This document shows, in pieces, positions 1 through 10,084 of a stretch of DNA of 64,000 nt. Source of the stretch: Flavobacteriales bacterium (GTDB taxonomy: Bacteria; Bacteroidota; Bacteroidia; Flavobacteriales_F; PHOS-HE28); contig JACJZG010000008.1 of the NCBI GenBank assembly GCA_020635715.1, positions 91,553-155,552 on the forward strand, written 5' to 3'. The stretch's first letter is position 1. Each line of letters opens with the position of its first letter. The notes beneath the pieces were generated by a model that did not search any database, was not told the DNA's origin, and saw nothing but the letters and a program-made list of their open reading frames with translations. Made by a program: the position numbers and the translations under genes.

Positions 1-399
1 TACCGTGCGATAGCCGGTGGGCAGGGCCTGGATGAGCGCCATCAGCTCGTCGGTCGTCATGCCCGAAAGGATGTGCTCATCCTCGCTGTGCAGGTGCTCG
101 GCTTCCGTCAGGTCCAGGCTTTGGTCGTAGGGCTTGTTCCGGCGGATATGGTCCAGCGCCGTGTTCACCATCGTACGAGCGATCCACCCCCCCAGCGGGC
201 CATCCCCCCGGTAATGGTCCATCTTCTGGAACACCTTCACGAAGCCATCCTGGAGGATGTCCTGGGCTTGATCGCGGTTATTGGCGTAGCGCATGCAGAT
301 GCTCATCATCTTCCTGGCGTACTGCTGGTACAAGGCCTTCTGCGCCACGGGGTCCCGCTCCACGCAGCCTTCCACCAACCGTTCGTCCGTCATGGTCAT
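1..399 (-). CDS. ECF-type RNA polymerase sigma-70 family factor (3' end runs off the window)
   Basis: The minus-strand frame is open from the ATG at 399 to position 1. It is missing from the ORF track because there is no stop in the window. My translation is MTMTDERLVEGCVERDPVAQKALYQQYARKMMSICMRYANNRDQAQDILQDGFVKVFQKMDHYRGDGPLGGWIARTMVNTALDHIRRNKPYDQ...ELMALIQALPTGYRTV. It shows a sigma region 2 (DILQDGF) and the start of region 4 (LPTGYRTV). Confidence 0.8.
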   Translation of the reverse strand, partial: MTMTDERLVEGCVERDPVAQKALYQQYARKMMSICMRYANNRDQAQDILQDGFVKVFQKMDHYRGDGPLGGWIARTMVNTALDHIRRNKPYDQSLDLTEAEHLHSEDEHILSGMTTDELMALIQALPTGYRTV

Positions 400-462
400 C
401 CGTTCCAATGATGCGATCCGCCGGGTGAAAGTTGCCTGAGGCCTCGACCACCCGGCCTTTTT

Positions 463-470
463 CAAAGGTA
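463..470 (-). promoter_or_regulatory. Candidate Bacteroidota sigma-A -7 box (TACCTTTG on minus strand) for the ECF sigma gene
   Basis: The reverse complement of caaaggta is TACCTTTG, which matches TAnnTTTG. It lies 64 nt upstream of the ATG at 399. Confidence 0.35.
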
Positions 471-500
471 CGGCAGCTCCGCATCGGGGCGGATACTGGT

Positions 501-508
501 TACCTTCG
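501..508 (+). promoter_or_regulatory. Candidate -7 box TACCTTCG upstream of lepA
   Basis: TACCTTCG lies 33 nt upstream of the lepA ATG. The identical octamer recurs upstream of purQ, leuS and the gene at 37732. Confidence 0.35.
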
Positions 509-540
509 CAGCCTTTTTCGGCCCAGCCAGCCAATTCCCC

Positions 541-2328
541 ATGGACCATATCCGTAACTTCTGCATCATCGCCCACATCGACCACGGCAAGAGCACCCTG
601 GCCGACCGCCTGTTGCAGATGACGGGCACCATCGCCGATAGGGACATGCAGAACCAGGCGCTGGACGACATGGACCTGGAACGGGAACGGGGGATCACGA
701 TCAAGAGCAAGGCCATCCAGATGGACTACACGCTCGATGGCCGGAAGTACCTGCTGAACCTGATCGACACCCCGGGCCACGTTGACTTCAGCTATGAGGT
801 GAGCCGGAGCATCGCCGCCTGCGAGGGCGCTTTGCTGATCGTGGATGCCACGCAGGGGATCCAGGCGCAGACGATCAGCAACCTCTACCTCGCCCTGGAG
901 CACGACCTGGAGATCATCCCCATCCTCAACAAGATGGACCTTCCCTCGGCGAACCCCGAGGAGGTGAAGGACCAGATCGTTGACCTGCTGGGCTGCAGGC
1001 GCGAGGAGATCATGGCTGCCAGCGGCAAGACCGGCCTGGGCGTGGACAAGGTGCTCGAGGAGATCGTTCACCGCATCCCGGCGCCCAAGGGCGACCCGAA
1101 CGCTCCCTTGCAGGCGCTGATCTTCGACAGCGTATTCAACAGTTTCCGCGGGATCATCGCCTACTTCCGGGTGCTCAATGGCACCATCAAGAAGGGCGAT
1201 CGTGTGAAGTTCTTCAACACCGGCGTGGCCTACGATGCCGACGAGATCGGCGTGCTGAAGATGGACCTGAAGCCGCAGCCGCGGTTGAGCGCCGGCGATG
1301 TGGGCTATATCATCAGCGGGATCAAGACCGCCAGTGAGGTGAAGGTGGGTGATACCATCACGCAGGTGGATCGCCCATGCGCCGAGGCGATCAAGGGTTT
1401 CGAGGACGTGAAGCCCATGGTGTGGGCCGGCATCTTCCCGGTGGATACCGACGAGTACGAGGAGCTTCGTGATGCCATGGAGAAGCTCAAGCTCAACGAT
1501 GCCAGCCTGACCTGGACACCCGAGGCCAGTGCGGCGCTTGGCTTCGGCTTCCGCTGCGGCTTCCTGGGCCTGCTGCACATGGAGATCATCCAGGAACGCC
1601 TGGAGCGCGAGTTCAACATGACGGTGATCACCACCGTGCCAAACGTGGGCTACCAGGTGACCACCACCAAGGGTGAGAAGATCGATGTGCATAACCCGAG
1701 CGAGCTCCCTGAAGTGGTGCACATCGAGAGCATCGAAGAGCCGTACATCAAAGCGCAGATCATCACGAAGGCCGAGTACATCGGGGCGATCATGACGCTC
1801 TGTATCGAGAAGCGCGGGATCCTGATCGGCCAGAACTACCTGACCACCGATCGCGTGGAGCTCACCTTCGAGCTGCCGCTGGGCGAGGTGGTCTTCGACT
1901 TCTTCGACAAGTTGAAGAGCATCAGCCGAGGGTACGCGAGCTTCGACTATCACCCGGTGGGCAGCAAGGAGAGCGACCTCATCAAGTTGGATATCCTGCT
2001 CAACGGCGAGAAGGTGGATGCGCTGAGCGCCCTCATTCACCGTGATCACGCCCATGAGCTGGGCAAGAAGATGTGCAGCAAGTTGAAGGAACTGTTGCCG
2101 CGCCAGCAGTTCGACATCCCCATCCAGGCCGCCATCGGTGCCAAGATCGTGGCCCGTGAAACGGTGAAGGCCCTGCGCAAGGACGTGACCGCCAAATGCT
2201 ACGGCGGCGACATCAGCCGGAAGCGCAAGCTGCTGGAGAAGCAGAAGGAAGGGAAGAAGCGCATGCGCCAGGTGGGTAGCGTGGAGATCCCGCAGCAGGC
2301 CTTCCTGGCCGTGCTGAAGCTGGATTAA
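541..2328 (+). CDS. lepA: Elongation factor 4 (LepA GTPase)
   Basis: 595-aa ORF with GTPase motifs [14 protein letters not shown] and NKMD. The characteristic LepA C-terminal region ([24 protein letters not shown]) is present. Confidence 0.97.
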   Translation: MDHIRNFCIIAHIDHGKSTLADRLLQMTGTIADRDMQNQALDDMDLERERGITIKSKAIQMDYTLDGRKYLLNLIDTPGHVDFSYEVSRSIAACEGALLIVDATQGIQAQTISNLYLALEHDLEIIPILNKMDLPSANPEEVKDQIVDLLGCRREEIMAASGKTGLGVDKVLEEIVHRIPAPKGDPNAPLQALIFDSVFNSFRGIIAYFRVLNGTIKKGDRVKFFNTGVAYDADEIGVLKMDLKPQPRLSAGDVGYIISGIKTASEVKVGDTITQVDRPCAEAIKGFEDVKPMVWAGIFPVDTDEYEELRDAMEKLKLNDASLTWTPEASAALGFGFRCGFLGLLHMEIIQERLEREFNMTVITTVPNVGYQVTTTKGEKIDVHNPSELPEVVHIESIEEPYIKAQIITKAEYIGAIMTLCIEKRGILIGQNYLTTDRVELTFELPLGEVVFDFFDKLKSISRGYASFDYHPVGSKESDLIKLDILLNGEKVDALSALIHRDHAHELGKKMCSKLKELLPRQQFDIPIQAAIGAKIVARETVKALRKDVTAKCYGGDISRKRKLLEKQKEGKKRMRQVGSVEIPQQAFLAVLKLD

Positions 2329-2334
2329 GGTCCC

Positions 2335-4542
2335 TCAGGGCAGTTGCTCAGCGCGGGTGCTGGTCGGCACCGAACCACCAATGCCGAACAGGATCAGGTC
2401 CCGGTCGTTGCCCGCCCCGCTGTACTTCACCGAGCCATCACAGTTGAGGTCCTCCTCCAGGTAACCATCCACCACGTTGGTGGGTACCACGCCTCCGATC
2501 CGGGTAAGCACCCGATCGCGATCGTTGTCCAGTCCTGCGTAGCGCAACACCCCGTCGCGAAGTGCATTGCCGGCCCACAGGCGCACCGTGCCGTTCGAGA
2601 TCACCCCGGGCTCCGTACCGTACAGTTCGGTGGCGGGATCGGTGAAGTCCACCGTCATGGTGCCGGATAGGGGCGCCAGCGGTGCTGCCGTCATCATACC
2701 CAGGTGGTTGCGATGGCGCACGGCCACATGCACGGGGGTCGGAATGGAGGGGAAGTGAAGGGCGGGCGACGCATCGGCAGCCACGACATCGCCATCGCGT
2801 TGAACAAGCCCCGCTGCCGTAGCCAGGACCACGGTGGGGTCCGCGGCCGAGCGCAGTTCCACCAGCACCCAATCAACGATGGCGTCAGGTCCGTTGAGGC
2901 TGAGCAACGGGACCTCGAGGGTCTCACCACCGGAACCGGCCCGCTCGAAACCGATACCGGTGTAGGGCTCGGCCGTTGGAATGAGGGTGCGGGTGCGCAG
3001 GCTGTCGTGCATGAGACCCGTGCCGGGAACGAAAGGCCCGTCGAGGAAGGCCCGGACGACCAGGTCCATGCCGGCCATGGGCAGTGCAAGATCTGCGGTG
3101 ATCGGCAGATGGTCGCTGGCCAGTGAGGTGTCATCCGGTTCCAACCCTGATGCGATCAATGTCGACCCGCTCATGGAGGCCGTTCGTAGTGCGAAGGATC
3201 CCACGAGCTCCGCCACGGCATCGGTGTAGTAGAGGTGGTCGAGCATGCCGGAGGGATAGGCGCTGTTGTTGTTCCGCCAGGTGTAGGCCATGCGCGCCTG
3301 GTTCTGGCGGCATGGCGCACGCTCCAGCCCGCTGCCATCCCAGTCCATGGGTCCGTCCGGCCCGTAGGTCGCGTTGTCCTGGATGTCCCCGGTCGCCAGC
3401 GTGATCAGCTGCCTTGCCCAGCCCACCGAGTTCAGGTCACCGGCGTAGACCATGGGTGTGCCGCTCGGCAGATCGATCACACCACCAGGCGCCCGCGCAT
3501 CCTGCACGAACTGGACGTACGCATCGAGCTGTGCCTGCCGGGTGGCATCGGCCGTGCAGCAGTTGAGGTGGGCGGCGGTGAACAGCAGGTCGGTGGCATG
3601 GGTCGCCGGTAGGTCGATGAGCGCGGCGAACTGCCTGCTAAGCTGCGTCCATGTGGTCAGGATGGGCCAGCGCGAAGCGATCACCATGTCGAAATCGTCT
3701 TTCACCACCTGCCATCCGTCACCACCGATCGGGATCCAGGTGTCCAGCCGACTCTTCACTTGTGACGGAGTGCTTGTCACACATTCACTGAAGCCGAGGA
3801 TGTCCGGTGCCAGTGCCGAAAGGATACGCTGGTAGGACCCTTGGAGCGCGGGGTCGGTGATGCCGTCGCCAAGCACGTTCCAAGCGGTGAGCCGCACCGC
3901 TTCCGGATCCATACGGGTGAGCGGGATGACCGGGGTGTTCGCCTGGAAGGCATCATCGAAGGTATAGGCCAGGACGCTGCCTGCATCGGGCATGGCATCC
4001 CCGCCATCCGTTTCACGGAATAGCAACCTGATGGTGGAATCGGTGAACAGCAGGTTCGTTCCATCAGGCCGTGCGTTCCGGGCAATGGCGATCTCGAAGG
4101 CGGTGCTGGTGACCGTGGGAAGCGGGACGAGGTCCAAGGTGCTCCAGGATACGTTGGACGAAGCACCGAAGTACTCGGTGACCGTGCGTGTGTCAAAGCG
4201 GATCTGCAGCTCAGCGCCATAACCGCTCTGCACCGCAAGCCCCGTCGCAGCATTGTTGTCCCCGTCGATGTAAAGCCTGATACCATGGGGTGTGAGGTCG
4301 TCCAGCAGATCGGTCTCCGCACCAAGCTCCAGCTTGATGAAGAGGTGGTCCTGATCGTTGGTGACCTGCATGGAGATCAGGTCCACACCGCTGGATGGGG
4401 CGTTCGCGTCGTTCCACGTGGTGAGCGTTCCATTCCAATCATCAAAGAGGCCATCCATGGTGATCGCGGCTCCCTGGGCACCGGCATACAGGGGGGCCAG
4501 GAAGAGGAGCACCATGTACACCGCAGAGTTGATCCTTCGCAT
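2335..4542 (-). CDS. Secreted endonuclease/exonuclease/phosphatase (EEP) family protein with extra beta-sandwich domains
   Basis: ORF 2335..4710 trimmed to the internal Met giving the signal peptide MRRINSAVYMVLLFLAPLYAGAQG. The central EEP-type region ends in SDHLPITADL. The C-terminal part has a WVLVELR...VRHRNHLG module and DNDRD/GNDRD repeats. Confidence 0.75.
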   Translation of the reverse strand: MRRINSAVYMVLLFLAPLYAGAQGAAITMDGLFDDWNGTLTTWNDANAPSSGVDLISMQVTNDQDHLFIKLELGAETDLLDDLTPHGIRLYIDGDNNAATGLAVQSGYGAELQIRFDTRTVTEYFGASSNVSWSTLDLVPLPTVTSTAFEIAIARNARPDGTNLLFTDSTIRLLFRETDGGDAMPDAGSVLAYTFDDAFQANTPVIPLTRMDPEAVRLTAWNVLGDGITDPALQGSYQRILSALAPDILGFSECVTSTPSQVKSRLDTWIPIGGDGWQVVKDDFDMVIASRWPILTTWTQLSRQFAALIDLPATHATDLLFTAAHLNCCTADATRQAQLDAYVQFVQDARAPGGVIDLPSGTPMVYAGDLNSVGWARQLITLATGDIQDNATYGPDGPMDWDGSGLERAPCRQNQARMAYTWRNNNSAYPSGMLDHLYYTDAVAELVGSFALRTASMSGSTLIASGLEPDDTSLASDHLPITADLALPMAGMDLVVRAFLDGPFVPGTGLMHDSLRTRTLIPTAEPYTGIGFERAGSGGETLEVPLLSLNGPDAIVDWVLVELRSAADPTVVLATAAGLVQRDGDVVAADASPALHFPSIPTPVHVAVRHRNHLGMMTAAPLAPLSGTMTVDFTDPATELYGTEPGVISNGTVRLWAGNALRDGVLRYAGLDNDRDRVLTRIGGVVPTNVVDGYLEEDLNCDGSVKYSGAGNDRDLILFGIGGSVPTSTRAEQLP

Positions 4543-4721
4543 GGGGGTGGAATGTTCGGCGAAGTTGGTTGTGCGGAAGGAGAACAAGCAAGCGCCCTCC
4601 CGAGCCAAGGTTCCACGGAAATGGGAATGCTTTTCCCCGCTCCGGGACTCGGTGGAGCGACTTTCCGTGTTCGATCGACCAGCGGCACGGAGATGGACGT
4701 GGCACCGCAAACACCAACCCC

Positions 4722-4886
4722 ATGAACAACCTGGTCAACATCATCATCGTGCTGCTCATCGTCGGCTGGCTCATCGGCTACATCGGGTTCGGCGCCATGG
4801 TCGGCAACTTGATCCACATCCTGCTCATCCTCGCCGTGGTCGCCATCGTCATCCGGCTCGTCTCTGGTGGTAAGGCGAAGTTGTGA
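4722..4886 (+). CDS. Small two-TM membrane protein (lmo0937-like family)
   Basis: ORF 4569..4886 trimmed to MNNLVNIIIVLLIVGWLIGYIGFGAMVGNLIHILLILAVVAIVIRLVSGGKAKL. This gives two hydrophobic helices with the family-typical IHILL..A....I pattern. Confidence 0.6.
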   Translation: MNNLVNIIIVLLIVGWLIGYIGFGAMVGNLIHILLILAVVAIVIRLVSGGKAKL

Positions 4887-4895
4887 GCCCCTTAC

Positions 4896-6506
4896 ATGAA
4901 GCCCATGATGCAGCGGCCCATGCCGCGCGTGCTCACAGTACTGGGCGTCGTCCTTGTCGTGGGCTGGGCCGCCTTCGAGGCGCTGAGCTCGTGGGCCGCC
5001 CACGAGGTGAGGGAGCGGTTGCACCATGCCGCCAATGCCTGCGGGGCACGCTGGGTTGATGCCGACAGCTGCATCATCCACATTGACCTCTGGTCCGGTG
5101 AGCTGCTCCTGACCGGCATGCGCTGGAGGCGGGGTGTGGTCCAACCCGACCACGGCATGTCGATCACGGGATACGTGGATACATTGGAGATCAGTGACGT
5201 CTCCTACAAAGCCCTTCTTTTTGATCGGAAGGTGCACGCCGCCGGCCTGTTCGTGCGTGTTAAGGATCTCATGGTCCAGCGCGGATCCGCCAGCACAGCC
5301 TCACCGAAGGAACGTTCAACCCGCTTCCAACATTTCGTGGTCGATGACCTCGACATCCGCCTGCGCTCAACGAGCGTTCGGATGGAGGACTCGATCCGGA
5401 TAGACCTCGACGACCTTGCGATGAACGGTATGGACCTCGCCCTTGACCTTCGGGATACCACCTGGGACGCCGGGCGTTGTGAAGCGCACTTGTCGGCCCT
5501 TCGCATCGCTCCACTGGCCGACTCCATTCTGACCGTTGAACGGATGCTGCTAAGCGATGCTGCACAGCGATGCGAGCTGCACGGTCTGCGTTTCGGTCCC
5601 GATGATGTGGTGACGCCATCCACGGCACTGGCGCTGGAGCGGGATGTCGTGAGCGGTCACTTCGAGCGGATCACGGTGGAAGGCATTGACCCGAACACCC
5701 TGATGCGGGGCGTGTTGCACGCGCGATCCATCCACATCGGGCCCGCTGACCTGGAGGTGGCGCGGGACAAGTCCCGTCCCGATCCGTCCTTCCGCCATAA
5801 GCCGCTCCCAGCGCGGCTGCTGCGTCTTTTGACGCCCGGTGCGGGCTGCGATTCGTTGATCGTCGAGCGGATGAGCGTGCATTACCATGAACAGGTCGAT
5901 CCGGCGCGCGGTTTCGCGTTCATTCCGTTCGACAGCATCCATGGGGTGTTGACCAGCGTCCAGCACCAACGGATGGATACGCTGCGTGTACTGGCAGCCG
6001 GCATGGTCTTCGGCCGCACCCCGTTGACCTTGGATCTGCGCGCAGCCATCGGCGACAGCACGGATCGGATGCGCGTGGAGGCCCATGTCGGTCGGCTTTC
6101 CTTCCCGACCTTGAACCGGGTGTTGCCCCCACTGACCGGGCTGGCCACGCCCGAAGGAAGGCTCGATACGTTGATCATGCGGATGGGTGGTGGGGATCGT
6201 TCGGCGAGCGCCAGTTGCTGGATGCGCTATGATGGCCTCAAGGTCGAGGTCCGTCCTTCCCGCCGTGAACAGGATCCAGCCCTGTTCGATCCCGTTTTCG
6301 ACGCCCTGCTCAATGCGATCGTGAAGCGGGAGCGGAAAGGTCATCGCAAGGATGACGGGTGGACGAACTACACCGTTGAACGTCGCAGGGACCGGGCCGT
6401 CTTCAACTACCTCTGGGCCGGTGTGCGGGAAGGGGCGAAGGCCAGCATGTTGCCCGGCGTGGTCCTGAACGCCACTTCGAACAAGTCGCGCTCCCGTGGT
6501 AAATGA
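4896..6506 (+). CDS. N-terminally membrane-anchored repetitive beta-rich protein (AsmA/DUF748-like, tentative)
   Basis: 536-aa ORF with a single N-terminal TM segment (VLTVLGVVLVVGWAAF). It is followed by repeated short amphipathic strand motifs (ISDVSY..LFVRVKDL, DDLDIRLRS, LHGLRFGP, ERITVEGID, SLIVERMSVHY). Confidence 0.6.
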   Translation: MKPMMQRPMPRVLTVLGVVLVVGWAAFEALSSWAAHEVRERLHHAANACGARWVDADSCIIHIDLWSGELLLTGMRWRRGVVQPDHGMSITGYVDTLEISDVSYKALLFDRKVHAAGLFVRVKDLMVQRGSASTASPKERSTRFQHFVVDDLDIRLRSTSVRMEDSIRIDLDDLAMNGMDLALDLRDTTWDAGRCEAHLSALRIAPLADSILTVERMLLSDAAQRCELHGLRFGPDDVVTPSTALALERDVVSGHFERITVEGIDPNTLMRGVLHARSIHIGPADLEVARDKSRPDPSFRHKPLPARLLRLLTPGAGCDSLIVERMSVHYHEQVDPARGFAFIPFDSIHGVLTSVQHQRMDTLRVLAAGMVFGRTPLTLDLRAAIGDSTDRMRVEAHVGRLSFPTLNRVLPPLTGLATPEGRLDTLIMRMGGGDRSASASCWMRYDGLKVEVRPSRREQDPALFDPVFDALLNAIVKRERKGHRKDDGWTNYTVERRRDRAVFNYLWAGVREGAKASMLPGVVLNATSNKSRSRGK

Positions 6507-6636
6507 GTTCGTTCAGGCACCACCGCGACCCCCCGAGAGGTCGCGCGACCGGCTGCTCCGGAACTCCGGCACCTCAGGGGAGGCGGAGTGTTTGGCCTGT
6601 TCATCGGCCGGGGACGGCCTTCGCCGCGTCGTCGTT

Positions 6637-7677
6637 ATGCTGTTGCTGGTGCTTGGCAGCGCCTACGGCAGCAAGGCACAACAGGACACCAACTACGTGA
6701 AGGACTATTCCCGCCGGATCACTTACAGGACCTATCTGAGCCACAAGTTCAACAGCCTCCAGGTGCATTCGAGCGCTCCCGGGGAGGACCTGCGCTACCG
6801 CCCGAACGGTCGGGTCAATTTCGGGGTCGGTGCCAGTCTGCGCAAATTCACCTTGAACATCGGTGTGCCCATTCCGTTCCTGAACGACGACAATGACCGG
6901 AAAGGACGGACCCGATACCTGGATGCCCAGGCCAATATCTATGGCACCAAGCAGGCGAGCAACCTCTTCCTTCAGGTTTTCAAGGGTTATCACATCACCA
7001 GTCACTCCAAGGCGATGCTCGGGTGGGACGGTTCAACCGCCTTCCCATACAGACGCGACCTGCTGCAATACAACATCGGCCTCAGTTCCTTGCGCATCCT
7101 CAACCACAGTCGGTTCAGCTACCGCGCAGGATTCAACCAGGACGCCATCCAACTCCGCTCCCAAGGCACCTGGCTCATCGGTGGCTACCTCACCGCCTAT
7201 GTGGTCCGGGCCGATTCCTCCTTGATCCCAGGACGCCTGCGCGATCAGTTCCCGGCAACGGCCGATGTCAGGAGCGCCTCTTATTTCGACCTCGGTCCGA
7301 TGGTGGGTTACGCCTACACCCACGTGATGGGCAGGATGTGGTTCGCCACGGTGAGCGGTGCGGTCGGTGCTGGGGGCAGCGTTCAGGTGGCGCGGCATGA
7401 AGGGCCTATTGATGCGCACACGGAAAGTCACGCCGGGGTCGGGTGGCACAGCCAGTTCCGGGTCGCGCTGGGATACAATACTTCCAGGCGATACATCGGT
7501 GCGCTCTTCAGCCAGGAGCACATCGGCTACCTGCAACGGGCAGGGGAGCGCTTCACCTGGGATGTCGGGGTGGTGCGTGTGGTCTTTGCCCTGCGCTTCC
7601 GGGAGCGCCCCGCCTCGGTGGAACGGGGAACGCGCTGGCTTCAGCGCAAGAAGAACGAAGTGCTTCCCGCTCCGTGA
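6637..7677 (+). CDS. DUF4421-like envelope (probable outer-membrane) protein
   Basis: The ORF-track entry starts at GTG 6496. I prefer ATG 6637, which gives MLLLVLGSAYGSKAQQ as a signal peptide, but the start is uncertain. The body is rich in alternating aromatic/polar strands (YVKDYSRRITYRTYLSHKFN...). Confidence 0.6.
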   Translation: MLLLVLGSAYGSKAQQDTNYVKDYSRRITYRTYLSHKFNSLQVHSSAPGEDLRYRPNGRVNFGVGASLRKFTLNIGVPIPFLNDDNDRKGRTRYLDAQANIYGTKQASNLFLQVFKGYHITSHSKAMLGWDGSTAFPYRRDLLQYNIGLSSLRILNHSRFSYRAGFNQDAIQLRSQGTWLIGGYLTAYVVRADSSLIPGRLRDQFPATADVRSASYFDLGPMVGYAYTHVMGRMWFATVSGAVGAGGSVQVARHEGPIDAHTESHAGVGWHSQFRVALGYNTSRRYIGALFSQEHIGYLQRAGERFTWDVGVVRVVFALRFRERPASVERGTRWLQRKKNEVLPAP

Positions 7678-7855
7678 TCGAGGTGCCTCTTCCACATGAA
7701 CGGGTGGATGCGCCCCGTGGAGAAGGGCTCAAGCCGCAGGAAGGATGACCCGCATGTGTTCGGAACCGCTAGAGGGAAGCGGCTTCGGGCGCTTTTTGAC
7801 CAGGCCTGGGGCGATCGGTACCGGTATTGGACGGACTTGTTCAAACAACAATGAC

Positions 7856-8308
7856 ATGAGAACCTACCTGATCAACGCCGCCGTGCTCGGCGCATTCCTG
7901 TCCTTCACCGCGTGCAGCGACGCGCCCAACAATGCCGACAAGATGGAACAGAAGGTCGACAAGGCCATGGATGACCTGCGCGCCGGCAAGGAGGAGATGA
8001 GCAGTGAACTGCGCGACCTGCGCGAGAAGCTGGTCGTGGAACATGCGCGTGCCGAGGAACGCCTCAAGGACCCCGACCTGACCGCAGAGGAGCGGTCCGA
8101 GTGGGAAGCCTACAAGGCGGATGTCCAGATGCAACTGGACCGTGTGGACGGCAACTTGAACGATGTGGGATCAGCCACCAACGAGATGTGGGATGACGTG
8201 AAGGCCGGCACGCGCCGCACGGTGGATGACATTGGTGATTGGTTCGACCGCCAGGCCGAGAAGATCGACCGGAAGACCGACGCCGACAAGGATATGGACG
8301 GACATTGA
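7856..8308 (+). CDS. Lipoprotein, charged helical, unknown function
   Basis: ORF trimmed to MRTYLINAAVLGAFLSFTAC (lipobox FTAC). The remainder is Asp/Glu/Lys-rich and helical. Confidence 0.65.
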   Translation: MRTYLINAAVLGAFLSFTACSDAPNNADKMEQKVDKAMDDLRAGKEEMSSELRDLREKLVVEHARAEERLKDPDLTAEERSEWEAYKADVQMQLDRVDGNLNDVGSATNEMWDDVKAGTRRTVDDIGDWFDRQAEKIDRKTDADKDMDGH

Positions 8309-8350
8309 TGTGGTGGTGGTGTCCTGCTCCACGAGCGGGACAATTGGTGG

Positions 8351-8378
8351 CGGGCCGTGCGCATCAGCGTGCGGCCCG
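8351..8378 (+). terminator. Stem-loop downstream of the 7856..8308 gene
   Basis: cgggccgtgcgc-atca-gcgtgcggcccg forms a 12-bp stem (two G-U pairs as RNA), followed by ttccattcc. Confidence 0.4.
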
Positions 8379-8565
8379 TTCCATTCCGATCTCCGGCTCC
8401 TGGCAGCATCGTTGATCATGGGACCTGTGATCATCGTGCCCATCGCACGCCTACCCCGGTAGGGGATTCCTCGATCTGGGGCGGCCATGCCCCGACCGGC
8501 ATCCACCAGCGTGCTCGGACCGCTTCGGCACCATTTCCGCTACGGCCTGTGCAAACAACTGAACC

Positions 8566-9441
8566 ATGCAGACCCAACGCACATCACTTCGTATTGCCGG
8601 TGCGGCCGCCATGGCCTGCCTTGCAATGGTCGCCTGCCAGCGTGGTCCGAGCGAGAACGAAAAAGCCGCGCTCGCCGAGAACGCCCGACTGAAGACCGAG
8701 GTACAGAGCCGTGACTCCCTCATTGAGGATATGACGCGCTCCTTCGGGGACATCGAACAGAACCTGGCCATCATCGAGGACCGGGAGAAGTTGCTTCCCC
8801 CCGGTGAGGAGAGCCTGACCGTGGACCAACGCGAACGGATCATGCGGGATATCCAGTTGATGAACTCGCTGATGCAGGAGAGCCGCGATCAAGTGGCGGA
8901 GCTCACCAAGAAGCTCGACCGTTCGCGCGTCGATTCCGGATCGCTGCGGAAGAAGTTGAAGGCCCTGGACGCCGAGCTCGCCCACCGCGATTCCGCCATC
9001 ACCGTGATGAAGGAGGAGCTGCTGGCGAAGGACTTCAAGATCGAAGAGGTGAACCAGCGACTGAACGCCTTTGAGCTGGAGATGGCACGTAGGGAGGCCA
9101 CCATCGAACAGTTGGGCAACGAGATGCATACCGCTTACTATGCCGTGGGTTCCGTGAAGGAGCTGGAAGAGAACGGCGTGGTAAAGCGCGATGGTGGTCT
9201 GCTGGGGATCGGCCGGTCCAGCGCCTTGAACGAGGCCGTTTCAAGCAACAAGCTGAGCACCATCGACACCCGCAACACCGAGCGTATCCCGCTCTCCGGC
9301 AAGAAGGTGGAACTGGTCACGGAGCATCCGGCCGGCTCTTACGAGATCGTCAAGGAGAAGGACGAACTGGCCTACCTGAAGATCAAGGACCCCGATGCGT
9401 TCTGGCGCCTGAGCCATTACCTGGTGGCCGAGGTGCGTTAA
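8566..9441 (+). CDS. Coiled-coil lipoprotein with conserved C-terminal globular module
   Basis: 291-aa ORF with lipobox LAMVAC and a long heptad-like central region. The C-terminal AYYAVGSVKELEENGVV...HPAGSYEIV...FWRLSHYLV module resembles one I recall as recurrent in Bacteroidota. Confidence 0.7.
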   Translation: MQTQRTSLRIAGAAAMACLAMVACQRGPSENEKAALAENARLKTEVQSRDSLIEDMTRSFGDIEQNLAIIEDREKLLPPGEESLTVDQRERIMRDIQLMNSLMQESRDQVAELTKKLDRSRVDSGSLRKKLKALDAELAHRDSAITVMKEELLAKDFKIEEVNQRLNAFELEMARREATIEQLGNEMHTAYYAVGSVKELEENGVVKRDGGLLGIGRSSALNEAVSSNKLSTIDTRNTERIPLSGKKVELVTEHPAGSYEIVKEKDELAYLKIKDPDAFWRLSHYLVAEVR

Positions 9442-9457
9442 TGCCCTCGACATCCGT

Positions 9458-9491
9458 GGAAGAAGCCGTTCCGGGAGGGACGGCTTCTTCC
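9458..9491 (+). terminator. Perfect 12-bp hairpin after the coiled-coil lipoprotein gene
   Basis: ggaagaagccgt (9458-9469) pairs with acggcttcttcc (9480-9491) around a 10-nt loop, 17 nt after the stop codon. Confidence 0.5.
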
Positions 9492-9556
9492 GTTCCGGCC
9501 CGTCCGTAGCTGCGATCGGCACAGTGCTGGCCGTGCATTCCACATAGCTGAAGATC

Positions 9557-10084
9557 ATGGAACGCCCCTGGGAAATGCAACGAGAGCGCCGCGCACGGTC
9601 ACAGAACGTGATCAACGAGATCCACTTCACGCACGACCGTATGTCGCGGTTGCTGCGAGCGATGATGTCGCGTGAAACGAAGGGTGCCCTCGGTGATCTC
9701 ATCAACGTGCAGTACGGGCATCACTTGATGGCGCTGCGTGGCATCGTGTCGCTGGCCCTGGACCTGGGCATGCCGCCCGGTCCATGCGTATGTGCCGAGA
9801 GCGCTGCTCTGGTGGAGGCTGTGTACACAGCGGACCGTGCGCCGCGGGCGGATGTGAACCGCAGCCTGCGGATCATGGAGCGCCTGCTGGATGTGCATCG
9901 GTACATCATCGGATCATGGAACCGCCTGGCGGAAGAGTTGAAGCAGGATGCCCACGACGTCGCGTTGTACAGAACGGCGATCAAGCACCAGACCCGGGAG
10001 GCGGAACAGCATCGTGCCCTGGTCCGTGCGATCGCCGGGCTCCAGGGCGGCTCACCTGAGAACGGGGCCATGCGCTCGGCCTGA
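9557..10084 (+). CDS. Hypothetical protein
   Basis: 175-aa ORF with strong G/C preference at third codon positions and a non-degenerate amino-acid composition. I recognise no family. Confidence 0.5.
   Translation: MERPWEMQRERRARSQNVINEIHFTHDRMSRLLRAMMSRETKGALGDLINVQYGHHLMALRGIVSLALDLGMPPGPCVCAESAALVEAVYTADRAPRADVNRSLRIMERLLDVHRYIIGSWNRLAEELKQDAHDVALYRTAIKHQTREAEQHRALVRAIAGLQGGSPENGAMRSA

Noticed and set aside
73-411. A 112-aa plus-strand ORF at the left edge.
   Set aside because: The minus strand in the same interval translates into a clean ECF sigma factor (regions 2 and 4). The plus-strand product is His/Val/Leu/Pro-rich with no recognisable motif.
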